DNA of 64,000 nt from Scenedesmus sp. PABB004 (GCA_014905635.1 JABVCE010000049.1:1-64000); one strand, 5' to 3'. Numbered from the stretch's first letter, positions 12,301 through 24,568 are shown. The notes: generated by a model not told the origin, from the sequence alone. Numbers and translations are program-made.

Positions 12301-15300
12301 ATGGAGTGCTGCGCTCGGCTGCACAGGTAAAGCATGGCCATGCCGCAGCGTGACAACGGCCGTCACGCCCTTCAGCGTGCCAGCGTCTAACCAACCCTCG
12401 CCCGCCCAACTTGCTCGGCCGCCTGCTGCGCCTGCGCAGACACGGACGGCTGTGCCGGCAATCCTTGCAAGGCCGACCCCAACGCCAATGCCACCAGCTG
12501 CAAGGACGTGCCCGCGCCCGGCAGCGGCTTCACTTGCACGTGCAGTCCCGGCTTTGTTTTCAACGGATCGACGCGCAAGTGCCAAGGTGCGCCGCTGGAG
12601 TGCCGAGACTCGCTCCTGCTCCTGCGCGCTGCGCCCCACCCACGCTCGCCACCCTCGCCCATGGTCGCTGCCGGCACAGACGAGGAAGGCTGTGCCAACA
12701 ACCCGTGCGCTGGCATTGCGAATGCCAACGGTGTCTGTCACGACGTCACAGCCCCTGGTTCTGGCTTTACCTGCGAGTGCAACGCAGGTGGGTGGGTCGG
12801 TGGCTTGGAGGTGACAACTCACATGTGTGCACCTGCGGCGTTCACGCCGCCGCTCAAGCGCCCCCCCCCCCCTGCTGCGCCAACCAGGCTATGGCTGGGG
12901 GGCAACCGCCAAGACGTGCACAGCGACGAACGCATGCGTCACCAACCCGTGCCAGGGTTTGCCGTTCTCCAACGGTGTGTGCTCCAGCCTGCCGGGCATG
13001 CAGTTTACCTGCGGGTGCAGCACCGGCTACAGCTGGAACGCTTTTGGCGGATGCATCGACACCAACGGTTGTGCGTCCAACCCTTGTGATGCCGACTCCA
13101 ACGCCGTCATTGGAAGTTGCACGGACGTGCGTGCCCCGGACTCCGGATACACGTGTCGCTGCAAACCTGGGTGAGGCTTTGGTCTGAACCGTGCACGCAA
13201 CAACACTGCACCCGAAACTGCACTAAGAGCTGACAGTCTGCGTCACGCGGCCGCCCGCTCGCAGGTATGAGTTCAACCAGCCGACGCTGCAGTGCGTAGG
13301 TGAGAGAGCTCAACGTGTTGCGTGCTTTCTTTTGCGCGCCAGAGGATGTCGATTGCTAAGACTGCCTGCCCGCAGATCCCAACGGCTGCAGCAACCGGCC
13401 GTGCAGCAGTGTGACAGACTCCAACGGTCGCTGTTTTGATGTGCCTGCGCCCAACACGGGCTACGTGTGCGGCTGCAACACCGGTTACAGCTGGGACGCC
13501 GCTGCCCTCAAGTGCAAAGGTGGGTGTGAACGAGGTTGATCGCACTACGGGGAACATTTCTACTGCGGGAAGCTGCTTGGCTCGTTGGCTACAGAGACAC
13601 CGAGCGCATTTCTGATGCTCGCAATCGCAGACACAAACGGCTGCCTGGGCAACCCATGCTCCAATGTGACAAACGCCAACGGTTCCTGCACGGACGTGCC
13701 AGCGCCTGGCAGTGGGTTTGTGTGTGGCTGCATCAATGGCGCAAAGTGGAACTCTGGCTCGTGCGTCGGTGCGCAGAAAATGTTGGACCACTGCTGCCGC
13801 CTCAGGCCGCTGCCACGTGTATGCTCATGGCCCGCTGTTTCTGCCCGCAGATGTGGACGGGTGCGTCAACAACACTTGTAGTGCTGTTGCTGGAAACAGC
13901 AATGGCACGTGCATCGATGTTCCAGCACCTGGCACAGGCTATACGTGCGCCTGCAGCGCCGGCCTCTCCTATGATGCATCCACCGACAAGTGTATCGGTG
14001 GGTGGGCGCTGTGCGCATATGCGCCAATAGAATCGGCTTGAATTCAGCAATGCTGAACCTTTCCGTGCTCTCAATCGCAGACATCAACGGCTGCCTGGGC
14101 AACCCGTGCTCCAATGTGACCAACGCCAATGGTACGTGCATCGACACTCAGGCTCCTGGAAATGGCTACAGCTGCGCCTGTCGCACAGGGTGAGGGAATG
14201 CATTTTGCTGCACGAAATGCTCACGCGCTGCACCAGTCACCACCCCTCACCTTTCTGTCCGTGTCGCTGCAGGTACTCTTGGAGCAAGAGCGCTAAGTCA
14301 TGCAAAGGTGGGTGGGCAACCAGAAGCCCTTGCGCTGATTGTTCGCTCTTCCACACCACTCATGTGTCCCACTCCGCTCTCTCTCTCTCCTCCTCTCTCC
14401 CTCTCTCTGCCTTCACACACTCTCTCTCTCCCCCTCTCCTCTCCCTCTGTCTCTCTCTCTCTTTCTTCGCTCTCTCTCTCCCGCACACTCTCTCTCAATT
14501 CCGTCCTCTTTCTCTCTCTCCCTGTCTCTCTTTCACGTCCGCCCTCTCTCCCTCTCACGTCCGACCTCTCTCTCACACACGCAACCTCACACTCACCATT
14601 GACACGCACGCCTCTGCAGACACAAATGGGTGCCGCAACAACCCATGTGGCACCGTCGCACACGCCCTGAACGGCTCTTGCGTCGACGTACCGGCGCCTG
14701 GCACGGGGTACAGCTGCGGCTGCGACATGGGCTACTCTTGGAGCGCGGCCACGCTGCAGTGCGCAGGTTGGTTGGCGTTGATGTGGGGGGGGACCACTGG
14801 TTGCACCATCTGCGGCTGATCGCACCGCCGCAAACCCTGTGCACACATACGCGTGCGCCCGCGTGCTGGTGCCCGTGGCGCAGACACAAACGGCTGCGCA
14901 AGTGGCAACTGCTCGGCGCTCGTCAACTCGAACGGCACATGCGTGGACGTGCCGGCGCCCGGCACAGGCTTCACCTGCGGGTAAGCGGCACGCTGTTCTG
15001 GCAGCCAGCGGAGACGCAGTCTGGGCACAGCTTGTCGCGCTGCCTTGACCCTATCGACCCTCTGAAACGCACGCACGCCCTTGCAGGTGCTTGACGGGCT
15101 TCGCTTGGGATGCTCCGTCTCAGGCCTGCAAAGGTAGTGCTGCCGGTTGGCTCACCCTTGCTTGCATGTTGCACACACACGCACACACATCTGCGGGCGC
15201 ACGCGCTGATGCTGCCGCTGCCACTGCCCGCGGCCCGCGGCCCAGACGAGGACGGCTGTGCGTCCTCCCCGTGCAACACCTTAACCAACGCCGTGGCCGG

Positions 15301-16175
15301 CACCTGCAGCGACGTACCCGCGCCTGGCACGGGCTTCACGTGCAACTGCACTGTCGGCTTCGTGTGGGGCGCGCCCGCCAAGTCCTGCCTGCGTACGTTG
15401 GGAGCAGAGGAGCGCTGTGCTCGATGCTCCGGGCGTCGGTGCGCACACTCACGCCCTTCCGTGCCGCGCCGCTGCCGTACGTCGCAGCTGCGGCGCTCGA
15501 GGGCTTCTTCAATCCGGACACCTATAAGGTGATGCAGACGTGCCAGACGGCGGCATGCCAGGGGTGGGTGAAAAACGGAGATAGGAACATCTTCTCTGTT
15601 CCTGCCGACACGCCTAACGTGCCTGCGTGGCGCCCCAACTATCGGGCCAACACCACCAATGGACAGGAGTTTGCGCTGGAAACAACCGGGCCAAACTGTG
15701 TGGATATCTGCCAGAATAGCGCCTGCGGCTCTGCAGCGGGCAACAGTAAGTCACTGAAGCTCGTGAAGATGCCAGCAGTGCCCGCCCTCTGTCGCTTGAC
15801 AATGCGCCGCCCTCCACCGCGCGCGCTGCCGCAGTCATTCAATACAGCTGCCACTATGGGTCCAATCAGCGCTGGTACTGGGCCTCCACAGCGGGCGCGT
15901 CCGGCGGCCGCCTGCTGAAATCAGTCAGCTCTGGAAAGTGCCTGTTGGCCTGCCCAGCAGTCAGCAGCTTCTGCAACTTTGTTGGAGACGTCTCCACGGC
16001 GCCGTGCGATGAAAGCGACCACGACCAGCGCTGGGTGTACATCGCACCAGGTTTGCGGGGAGCTCTGGCTCGGTTTTGACTGTTGTTGGAACGTTGTGAA
16101 TCTGCAGCGGCTGGCTCTGCTTTTGCATGCTCTGACCCTCCTTCCGTCCCCTGCCCCTTCCCAGCTTCACCATGA
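8601..16175 (+). CDS. Secreted Cys-rich/EGF-like repeat protein with C-terminal ricin-B-type (QxW) lectin domain, copy B (multi-exon)
   Basis: Signal peptide; about 6 DGxxNGxETxVDCGG repeats (9380-11520); Ser-Pro hinge (11530-11613); about 14 EGF-like modules (11707-15390). Spliced terminal exons read ...GPNCVDICQNSACGSAAGN|IIQYSCHYGSNQRWYW...LLKSVSSGKCLL...CDESDHDQRWVY. Stop at 16173-16175 if the last intron (16051-16164) is spliced, otherwise about 16079. Confidence 0.82.
14375..14580 (+). repeat. Imperfect (CT)n pyrimidine tract inside an intron
   Basis: About 200 bp of ctctct-rich sequence; the matching intron of copy A (about 722-755) has only a short tract. Confidence 0.9.
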
Positions 16176-16719
16176 ACACACCATGAACAGACCAAGAGAA
16201 CAGTTGAAGACAAGAGTCTCATATCAGGGTGTTTGCAACTGTCCAAGCATCACCATGAACAAGAACCGAGTTGAAGAACGAGTCTCGGGGCTGTGCTCGT
16301 AAACGTGCCGTCTGGGCTTGGGCGATGCTGTCTCAGCATAGGCGGTCAGCCTGCAGCGGCTGCTGTCTGGCGTTATCATCTGGAGTCCCTTTGCGTGTCG
16401 GGGCTTTCTTCGAGCCACTGCCAACGTAAGCTGAGTGCACCCAGCGCTGGAGCCGGGGAGGTGAGGAAGGTCCACGCGGTTGCATGCCAGGTGGAGGAGG
16501 TTTCCACGCAAGAGGGAATCAGGCGTGGGCGCGCGCGAACGCATGAACAACGCACGACGCGCGCAACACTGACGGCTCGAACGCACAGCGCGTGCTGCGC
16601 GCCGGGGCCTGGGCAGACGGCATTGCGCGCAGAGGCGGCGGTGGAGAGGGATGGGTACTGCGGTGCTGGCGCCAGCTGCGGCAAACGCTGCGTGTAATGA
16701 CAACAACGCTGTAGGCCAA

Positions 16720-17290
16720 CAAACAACACCCACGCCGTCGGCAGCACGCCGCTGCCCGGCCGCCATGCGCCCCCCGGCGCACCGTATCGCAGCTCACTGC
16801 GCTGCCAGAGCGGCAGGCAGCAGCAACAGCGCCGCTCCGGGGCTGCACCTCAGCAGCAGGCCTTGCTCGTCGCCCGCTACACTCACGCGGCGGCCGAGCC
16901 ATGCCGCGGCAGCACACGCCGCACCCCGCGCGCTGCCCCGCGCGGCGGCGGGCCGCCGGCTGCCTGCCCCTGGTGCACTGCGCGTGGCCGGGCGGCGGCG
17001 GTGCGGGGGTAATAGCACGCCGCGGCTGCTGGCGCTGCGCAGCGGTGGCCGGGCGGGCGGCTCGGCCCCGACGCGGCCCAGCGCTCATCGAACGGCGCCG
17101 CAGCGCCGCCTCGGCGACGCCCAAGCCCGAGCGTGATCCAACGCGGTGCAGCAGGGCAGCGGTGGGCTGCGCCCCGCGGGACATGGCGGGATCGGTGCAG
17201 CACTTCGCGCGTGGCGGGCCCGCTGTGTGCTCGGCTTGCACCGCCGTGACTGGGAGGCGCGCGCGATCCCAGGGGAGCGCGCGGAGTCGG
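16720..17290 (-). pseudogene. Degenerate duplicate of the ceramide kinase upstream region and exon 1
   Basis: Aligns with about 19560-20110 (AWLGRRVSVAGDEQGLLL vs MWLGRRRVRVAGDEQGLLL); lies directly downstream of the intact gene's stop codon. Confidence 0.75.
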
Positions 17291-17329
17291 CCGTCGCCGC
17301 CGCTGCCGCCATCGGTTTCCTCGGCAAGG

Positions 17330-19483
17330 TCAGCCCGCGCGCGGCTCAACGCCGCGCGCGAAGACGTCGACAAGCCCCGGCCGCACGGCGATGCGCACCG
17401 CGTTCGCGCCCACCAGCAGCTCGCCGTCGATGTTCCAAGGTGCGGCGCCGCGCGCCTGGTGCAACTCGACCGCAACCGCGCGGTGCACCTCGCAGAACGG
17501 GGGCAGCGTCGCGTCGCCGGCCGCGGGCAGGCCGCGACGCGCGAGCGCGAGCAGGAAGCGCAGGAAGGCGAGCCGCCCACAGCGCCGCACGGCGATGAGC
17601 GCCAGCCGCCCGTCGGCGAGGTGGCCGTCGGGGGACACCCCAGCACTCGACTTTTCACTCCTGCAGCTCGACACGGCCACGAGCACCGCGGTGTAGCTCC
17701 CCGCGGCCAGCCGCCGCCAGCCGGGGCCCGGCGCGCCGGTGGCGGCGACGCCCGCGCCGGCCACCTGCGCGTGCGTGCCGCCGGCGCCACGCTGCGCCTC
17801 CTCGACAAACGACGCCCGGCTGGCGCTGCGCTGCAGCCGCTGCTGGGGGGCGCCGCAGAGCGCACAGCCGCTGGAGCAGACCGCGGAAGAGGAGAAACTG
17901 TTGGCCACGCTGCCACCGCGCTGCGCTGCCACCACAGCCGCCGCCGCCGCGGCGCTGCTGCTGCCGCCGAGGCTGTTGCTCACGCTGCTCGCCGCCACCA
18001 CCGCGGCGGCGGCCTTGTGCGGCCCGCCCACCGCGAGCGTAACCTCGGCGTAGGGCTCGGGGCTGCCGCCGCTGCTGCAGCCGCCGCTGGACCCGCTCGC
18101 TACCGGCGAGGGCGGGCAGGGCGCTGGGGTGTCGCCGCCCGGCAGCGGCGCGGCGGGCGGCAGCCAGCTGTCCACATCAAAGTGGCCCGCGTCCTGCGCG
18201 GTGGCGGCGTCCGCCAGGCGCCGCGCGGCGCCACCGCCTCCCCCATCGTCGGGCGGCGGCTTGAACCAGATGGCCGCCTCCCGGCTGCGCAGCCCCAGGA
18301 AGCGCAGCAGGCCCGCGACGTCGTAACTGCGCGTGTGGGTGAGTGGGTGGGGGGGGGGAGGGGTGTGTGAGGCTGAGCGACGAGGCCGAGAGGTGCGCAC
18401 CGCTGCCGGCAGCACGCGGCGGGCAGCGCGGGCGCGCGCGCCCCGCGCGCCGCCTACCGTGCGGGGCCCATCCAGCGCAGTGTGGAAGACATCTGCAACA
18501 CGTCGCCCAAGAAGCCCCAGGAGGCAACGCACACGGAGGGCAGCACGCGTGCCGCGGCCGTCGCGCCGCGCTCGGCCACGTCCGCGCCGACCGGCGGCGC
18601 AACGGCCAGGGGCACCACCTGCGCGACGTCCAGGGGCGTGGAGTCGCCCAGAGCGATGTGGAGGGTCGCGGTCAGGGCGTCGCGCGTCCCGTGCAGCCTG
18701 GCGTGGATCGGCCGCGGGCGGCGGCGCGGGTCGGCGGGCGGGCGCGGCAGACCGGCGGCCCCGGCGCACTGCCGCCGACCGCGCGTGCGCGTGGCGTGCG
18801 CGCACGTGCACGCCACGGCGTCGGTCGAGCCGCCAGGAATGAGCGCCAGGCGCAGGCGCAGGGCCTGCGCGGGGTGCGGGTGCTGCAGCAGGCCGGCCAG
18901 CAGCTCGCTGAACAGCCCGTCGCCGCCGACGCCCACGACGCCGTCGAGCTCCGCCAGGCGCTCGAGCGCCAGGCCGCGCACCACCGCCTCCGCGTGGCCC
19001 TGCACCACCAGGGGTGGGCGAGGCGGCGGGTGAGGTGGTGGGCGCGGTGAGAGGTCAGAGGGCCGCCTAGGCTGCGCTCCGCCGCGACTGCCAGGCTCGC
19101 GGCGGCCGCGCCGCGCAGCAGCGGCTGCGCGCGCGCACCTGGTGCGTGGTGCGCACCACTTCACACTGCACGCCCGCCGCCGCCAGCACGGGCGCCGCGA
19201 CGGTGTCCCACGTGCGCTGCGCGGCACGGCGGCCTCCGATTGGGTTGATCAGCACCAGCAGCCTCCGCGGCCGCCCCGGCGCAGCCGCCAGCGCGCACCG
19301 CACGCGCGCCGCCAGCGCCTCCACCTCCGGCGCGTCGCCACTCAGCGCCAGCGTCGCCAGGCCCCACAGCCAGGGCCGCCGCGGCGCGCGCTGCAGCACA
19401 GACAGCTCGAGTGCGCAGCGCAGGTCGCGGGCCGGGGCCGGCCAGCGCAGCGAGACGACCTCGGCAAACGGCACTGCGCGGCA

Positions 19484-19529
<46 letters not shown>

Positions 19530-19750
19530 CGGGGTGAGCGCAGCCCGCAGCATCGCCGCAGCGTACGGCATCAGCGCAGGCCACTGCGCCGCCATGCCCG
19601 CTTCCGCGCACCGTATCGCAGCTCGCTGCACGGCGCGCCGCCGCGCCGCCAGCGCGGCGGGCAGCAGCAGCGCCGCTCCGGCGGCGACAACTCAAGCAGC
19701 AGGCCCTGCTCATCGCCCGCCACGCGCACACGGCGGCGGCCGAGCCACAT
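17330..19750 (-). CDS. CERK: Ceramide kinase (diacylglycerol/sphingolipid kinase family), about 5 exons
   Basis: Motifs LLVLINPIGG, GVVGVGGDGLFSELL, LIPGGSTDAVAC, ALHIALGD-like TLHIALGD, SWGFLGDVL...RWMGPAR|YD, SSCRSEKSSAGVSPDGHLADG, WNIDGELL, VDVFARG. Start codon assumed to be MWLG at 19750. Confidence 0.88.
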
Positions 19751-20181
19751 TGCGGCAGCACGCGCGCCGCGCGTGCGCTGCTGCGTGGTGGCCGCCGGCT
19801 GCCTGCCCCTGGCGCAATGCGCGTGCCCCAGGCGGCGGTGGTGCGGGTCTGCGCACGCCGCGGCTGCTGGCGCAGCGCCGCGCTCGCCGGGCGGGCGGCT
19901 CGGCCCCGACGCGGCCCAGCGCTCAGCGAACGGCGCCGCAGCGCCACCCACGGCGATGTCAAGCCGAGCGCGATCAAACGCGGCGCGGCGGGGCAGCGCC
20001 GGACTGCGGTCCGCGTGGTGCGGCGGGGGTCGGTGCTGCGCTCGCGCGTGGCGGGCGCGCTGCGAGCTCTGGCTCGCTCGAACGTGACTGGGGGGCGCGC
20101 GCGATCGCGGACTGCGCGCGCGGAGGGGGCGCACGCTCAAAGGGTTGTGCCGCCGCTGCGCCAACCGTCGCGTTGCCGCGC

Positions 20182-20788
20182 TCAGTCCAGCGCGTCCTGG
20201 ACCTGCCGCGCCCGCGCCAGCACCGCGGCGGTGCTGTCGAACTGGCCCGGCGCCGGCAGCGGCGCGCTCGCCGCGCAGCGCACGTCATCGGCTGGGCCGC
20301 CCGCCGCGCTGGCGGCGTGCTGGTGCTCCTCGTGCAGCGCCAGCAGCGTGCTGGCCCAGCCGACCGCCAGCACCGCGCCGAGGCCGCCGACCCCTGGCGG
20401 CACGTGCACCCAGGGGCACCAGGCGCGGTGCTGCGCGACCGGGTCGAGGCAGCGGCTCCCAAGCGGCGCCCCGCCTGCCCCGGCGCTGGGCTGGCGCGCG
20501 AGGCCCGCGCCGCTGCTCGAGAGCCGGTTGGCGGCCGGCTCGGCCACGCCCCCGGCGCCGCTGGGAGCGGGCGACGCGGCCGAACCGTCGCCGCGCGTTG
20601 CGGCGGGCCCCGGCCCGGCCGACGCGCTGCCGGAGCGGCGGCGCTTGGTGCGCGCCTCCTCGTCGCGCAGCGCGCCGAGCCCAAACACAGGCGGCGGCGG
20701 GCTGCTGCCGCCACACGGCGCGCCAAACGGACCGCCGCTGGCCCCGTTGGCGGCGGCGACGGGCGGCGGCGAGGCCAGCCCAAACAGG

Positions 20789-20821
<33 letters not shown>

Positions 20822-22053
20822 AAGGCGGGCGCCGCCGCCGCCACGCCAAAGGGGGCAGGTGACGCGGACGTGCGCGTCCCGCCAGAGCCCGCCGCCGCGA
20901 GCAGCGAGCCGCCCGCGATCGTGGCGGACAGGTAGCTTGACGGCTGCGCCTGCTCGCCGCCTAGCGCGCCGTCTGGGGTGGGCGCGGCGGGCGCGTCGCC
21001 GCCGCCGCCGCCGCCGCCCTGGCCCGCCGCCGCCGCGGCGCCGCGCAGCAGCTGTGCCGCCTTGCTGGCTTGTGCCGCGGCGTAGTAGGGGCCACAGGCC
21101 GCGGCCTGCCACAGCCCCACCGCCGAGCCGCACAGCTCGCACTCGAGCGCCGCCGTCGCACTGCTCAGGGGCCCGCTGCCGTCGTCGGCGGGCGGGGGCG
21201 CGGCCGACGCGCTGCGCCGCGGCGCCGGCAGCAGGTGGCTGACCGCAAACGCGCCGCCGGGCGGCGCCGCCGCCGCAGCCAGGTGCGGTGGCAGCAGCGG
21301 CCGCACGCGCCAGCCGCATAGCGCAAGCAGCGCCGCGGCCTGCTGCGCCGTCAGCGCCGCCGGCGGCGGCACAGCGGCGGCGACGTCCCCCCGCAGCACC
21401 GCCACCGGTAGCGCCAGCAGCGTCGCCAGCGCGGGCAGCAGCGCCGCATCCAGCGCCGCTGCCGCCGCGGCGAGGCGCTGCGCCGCGGTTGCCGCCACGC
21501 GCGGCGGCGCGTCCAGGCGCGCCAGCTGCGCCACGCGCGCCTGGTAGCTGGTGCGCAGCCGAGCCGGCGGGACGCCAGGGAAGCGCGGCGCCGCGGCGGC
21601 GGGCGTGGGCGGCGCCGCACTGCCGGCGCCGCCGGCTGCGGCGGGGCCACCGCCCGCCGCCGTGGCGGCGGCGGCTGCCTCGGCGCCCGCGCGCGCGGGG
21701 CAGCCCGGCGCGTGGCCCTCGGTGAGCTGGCGCACGAAGCCGCGCACAACGCCCTCGCCCGCGGGCGACAGCGGGTTGGGCGGCAGCAGGCACAGCACCT
21801 GGCCGCCACACGCGTCACACGCGAGCGTGTCTGGCGCCGCGTTGCGCCAGCCGCGCGCCGCGCACGCGCTCGGCGCCAGCGGCGGGGGCTTGCCGAACCA
21901 GGTCGCGGGGCCGAAGCTGCGCAGCCGCAGGAGCAGCGCGCGCTGCTCGCCCCACGCGGGCAGCAGCGGCGCCTGCTCGTCGCCCCCCGCCGAGCCGGCG
22001 CCGCCGCCGGCGTCCAGCGCCGCCAGCGCGGCGGCGTAGGCCGATGAAGTCAT
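20182..22053 (-). CDS. C3HC zinc-finger / Rsm1-like protein (NIPA/ZC3HC1-like), single exon
   Basis: 623-aa ORF with RLRSF..TWFGKP...CAARGW....LACDACG...H..GCP, then LALCGW, LECELCG..VGLW and LDPVAQHRAWCPWV, the two BIR-like modules of the NIPA family. Confidence 0.85.
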
Positions 22054-22451
22054 GACCGCTGCGCCCCCCGCCGCCGTCTATGCGAGGCTGCGCCGCAGCC
22101 GTCGCCGCTGCCAACGGGTGCGGCCGCTGCCGCTCGCTGTTGTCGCTTGGTGTTGCGTGGCTTGCTGCTGGGTGCGAGTGAAAGGGGCGATCACGAGCTC
22201 GTGTGAGCAGCAGCGCTCGCTCTGCGGACGAACCAGGGCACAAGGGACAAGGCGCTCCAAAGAAACGATCGAGCTGCCTCGCCTGGCGAGCGGGCGCCCA
22301 GTGCCGCGCGCACACTCTCGTCTCGTCCAGCTTGCCTTCGCCCTCGCACCACCGCCCAGGCGCCAGGCGCCGCGCGGCTCCTTTGCTGCTGCGCGGCGCG
22401 AAGACACGGGCGCGTGATCCCGCCCAGCGCCGCCGGCATGCTCGCCGGGCC

Positions 22452-24423
22452 ATGAGCGACCAGCGGAGCGGCGGCATCAGCAGCGGTGGCGGCGGCGGCA
22501 GCAGCGGCGAGAGCAGCGGCGGCGGCCGCCGCAGCGCCGCCGGCAGCGGCGGCGGCGTCGTCGCCAGCAGCTGCTGCGAGGTCGAGGGCGCGTGGCCTCG
22601 CCTGGGCGGCGCGCTGCGGCAGGCGGGCGCGGCGATGGAGCGCAGCGCCGACAACCTGCACAGCCCTTCGGCGCCCGCGTCGTCGTCGGCGGCGGTCGAC
22701 GGCCGCCAGGTCTTTGCCGCTGTGCGTGCGCGGCGCCTCCCGCGCGCCCGCCGCGCCCGCCGCGCCCGCCGCGCCCGCCGCGCCCGCCGCGCCCGCCGCG
22801 CCCGCGCCCGCCGACGGCGACGCCGCACGGCGGCGGCCCCGCGCGTGCAGCACATGCTCGCCGGCGCGGTGGCGGGCGTGACTGAGCACACCGCGATGTA
22901 CCCGGTGGACACCATCAAGACGCGCATGCAGGCGCTCAGCCACCCTGGCCAGCGTGTACGGCGCGGCGCCGCGGCCCGCGCTGCTCCGCAGCGCTCACGC
23001 GTGCGCGACGCAGCCCGCCCCGCGCCGCGCCGCGCCGCGCCGCGCCACGCCGCGCCGCGCCGCGCCGCGCCGGCGCAGCTGCACGGCTCAGTGATCAACG
23101 CGCTGCGTGCGGTGCTGCGGCGTGAGGGCGTGGCGGGGCTGTACCGCGGCGTTGGCGCGGTGGCCGCCGGCGCGGGGTGCGCGCGCGGGCGAGGGCGGGG
23201 GCGGGGAGGGGAGGGCGCTCGCTGGCGCGGCGGCGCGGCCCGCCGCGCCGCGCCCGCGCCCGCGCTGCCCGCGCCACGCCGACGCGCCCGCCCGCTGCGC
23301 GCGCGCGGGTGCGCCAGGCCGGCGCACGCGCTGCACTTTGCCGTGTACGAGGCGGCCAAGGAGCGCCTGGGCGGCAACCGCGCGGGCTACCAGTGGGCCG
23401 CGACCGCGGGCGCGGGCGCGGTCGCGACGGTCGTCAACGACGGCCTCATGACGCCCGTTGATGTCATCAAGCAGCGCCTGCAGGCGCGGCGCGCCGCGCG
23501 ACGGGCGGCGCGGCAGGGCGGCGGCGTGGGCGGCGGGGCGCGGGGCGGCGCGCCGCGCGCGCGCGCGAGCGCGCGCCCCGCCCCGCCCCGCTCCACGGCG
23601 CAGGTCGCGCACTCGCCGTACCGCGGCCTGGTGGACTGCACCGCCACGGTGCTGCGCCAGGAGGGCGTCGCCGCGCTGTATCGGTCTTACAGGCGCGCAG
23701 GGGGGGAGGGGGGGAGGGCGCGGGCGGGCGGGCGCGCTTGCGCGTGTGAGCAGGCGTCCGGCCGCGTGTCACACCCCCAACGCACCCTCCCGCCCTCCCG
23801 CCCCACCGACACACCAGGACCACGGTGCTGATGAACATCCCCTTTGTGGCCATGCACTTCAGCGTGTACGAGGCCGCCAAGAAGTGGCTGCTGCGCATCG
23901 ACGCGGGCGACGAGGAGGCGGAGGACAGGCGCGCCGCGCTGTGCCTGGCGGGGCGCGCCGCGGCGCCGCCACGCCTGCCAGCGCCGCCGCCCCGGCTGCC
24001 GCCCGCGCCGCGCGCTGCGCCGCGCGCAGGCTGGCGGTGCAGCTGGTCGCGGGCGGGCTGGCCGGTGGCGCCGCGGCCGCGGTGACGACGCCGCTGGACG
24101 TGGTAAAGACGCGCCTGCAGACGGAGGGCGTGCTCGCGCCCAAGCGCTACGGCACCACCGCGGTGGTGCGCGCAGCACGGCGCAGCAGCCCTGCGCGCCG
24201 CGCGCTGCCGCGCCGCGCCACCCATCTGACACCCCCCCCCCCCCCCCCGCAGCTGCCAGTGCTGCGCCGCATCGTGGCGGAGGAGGGACTGGCCGCGATT
24301 TGGCGCGGCGTGAAGCCGCGCGTGCTGTTCAACTGCCCCGCCGCCGCGGTGTCGTGGGGCACCTACGAGAGCATGAAGCGCCTGCTGCTCGGCGACCCCC
24401 ACGATGCGGACGGGGAGCGGTAG
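22452..24423 (+). CDS. Mitochondrial carrier, mitoferrin (MRS3/4-like), about 8 exons
   Basis: HMLAGAVAGVTEHTAMYPVDTIKTRMQ, GPAHALHFAVYE, MTPVDVIKQRLQ, MNIPFVAMHFSVYE, TTPLDVVKTRLQ, PAAAVSWGTYE; three PxDxxKxRxQ signatures. Start at 22452 or the in-frame ATG at 22635. Confidence 0.92.
22740..22812 (+). repeat. 9-bp tandem repeat (cgcgcccgc)n in mitoferrin intron 1
   Basis: About 7 consecutive copies visible. Confidence 0.85.
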
Positions 24424-24568
24424 TGAGGCCCCTGCACGCTGCCACGTCGAGGGCGCGGCGGGCGCGAGCGGCGCAGGGGGCGCGGGCGGCGCATGCCGTG
24501 GGTGTGGTGGCAAGGTGGCGCGTCTAAGTAACGGGCTGGGCGTGGCGCTGTTGCCGCGCGCCGTGCGC

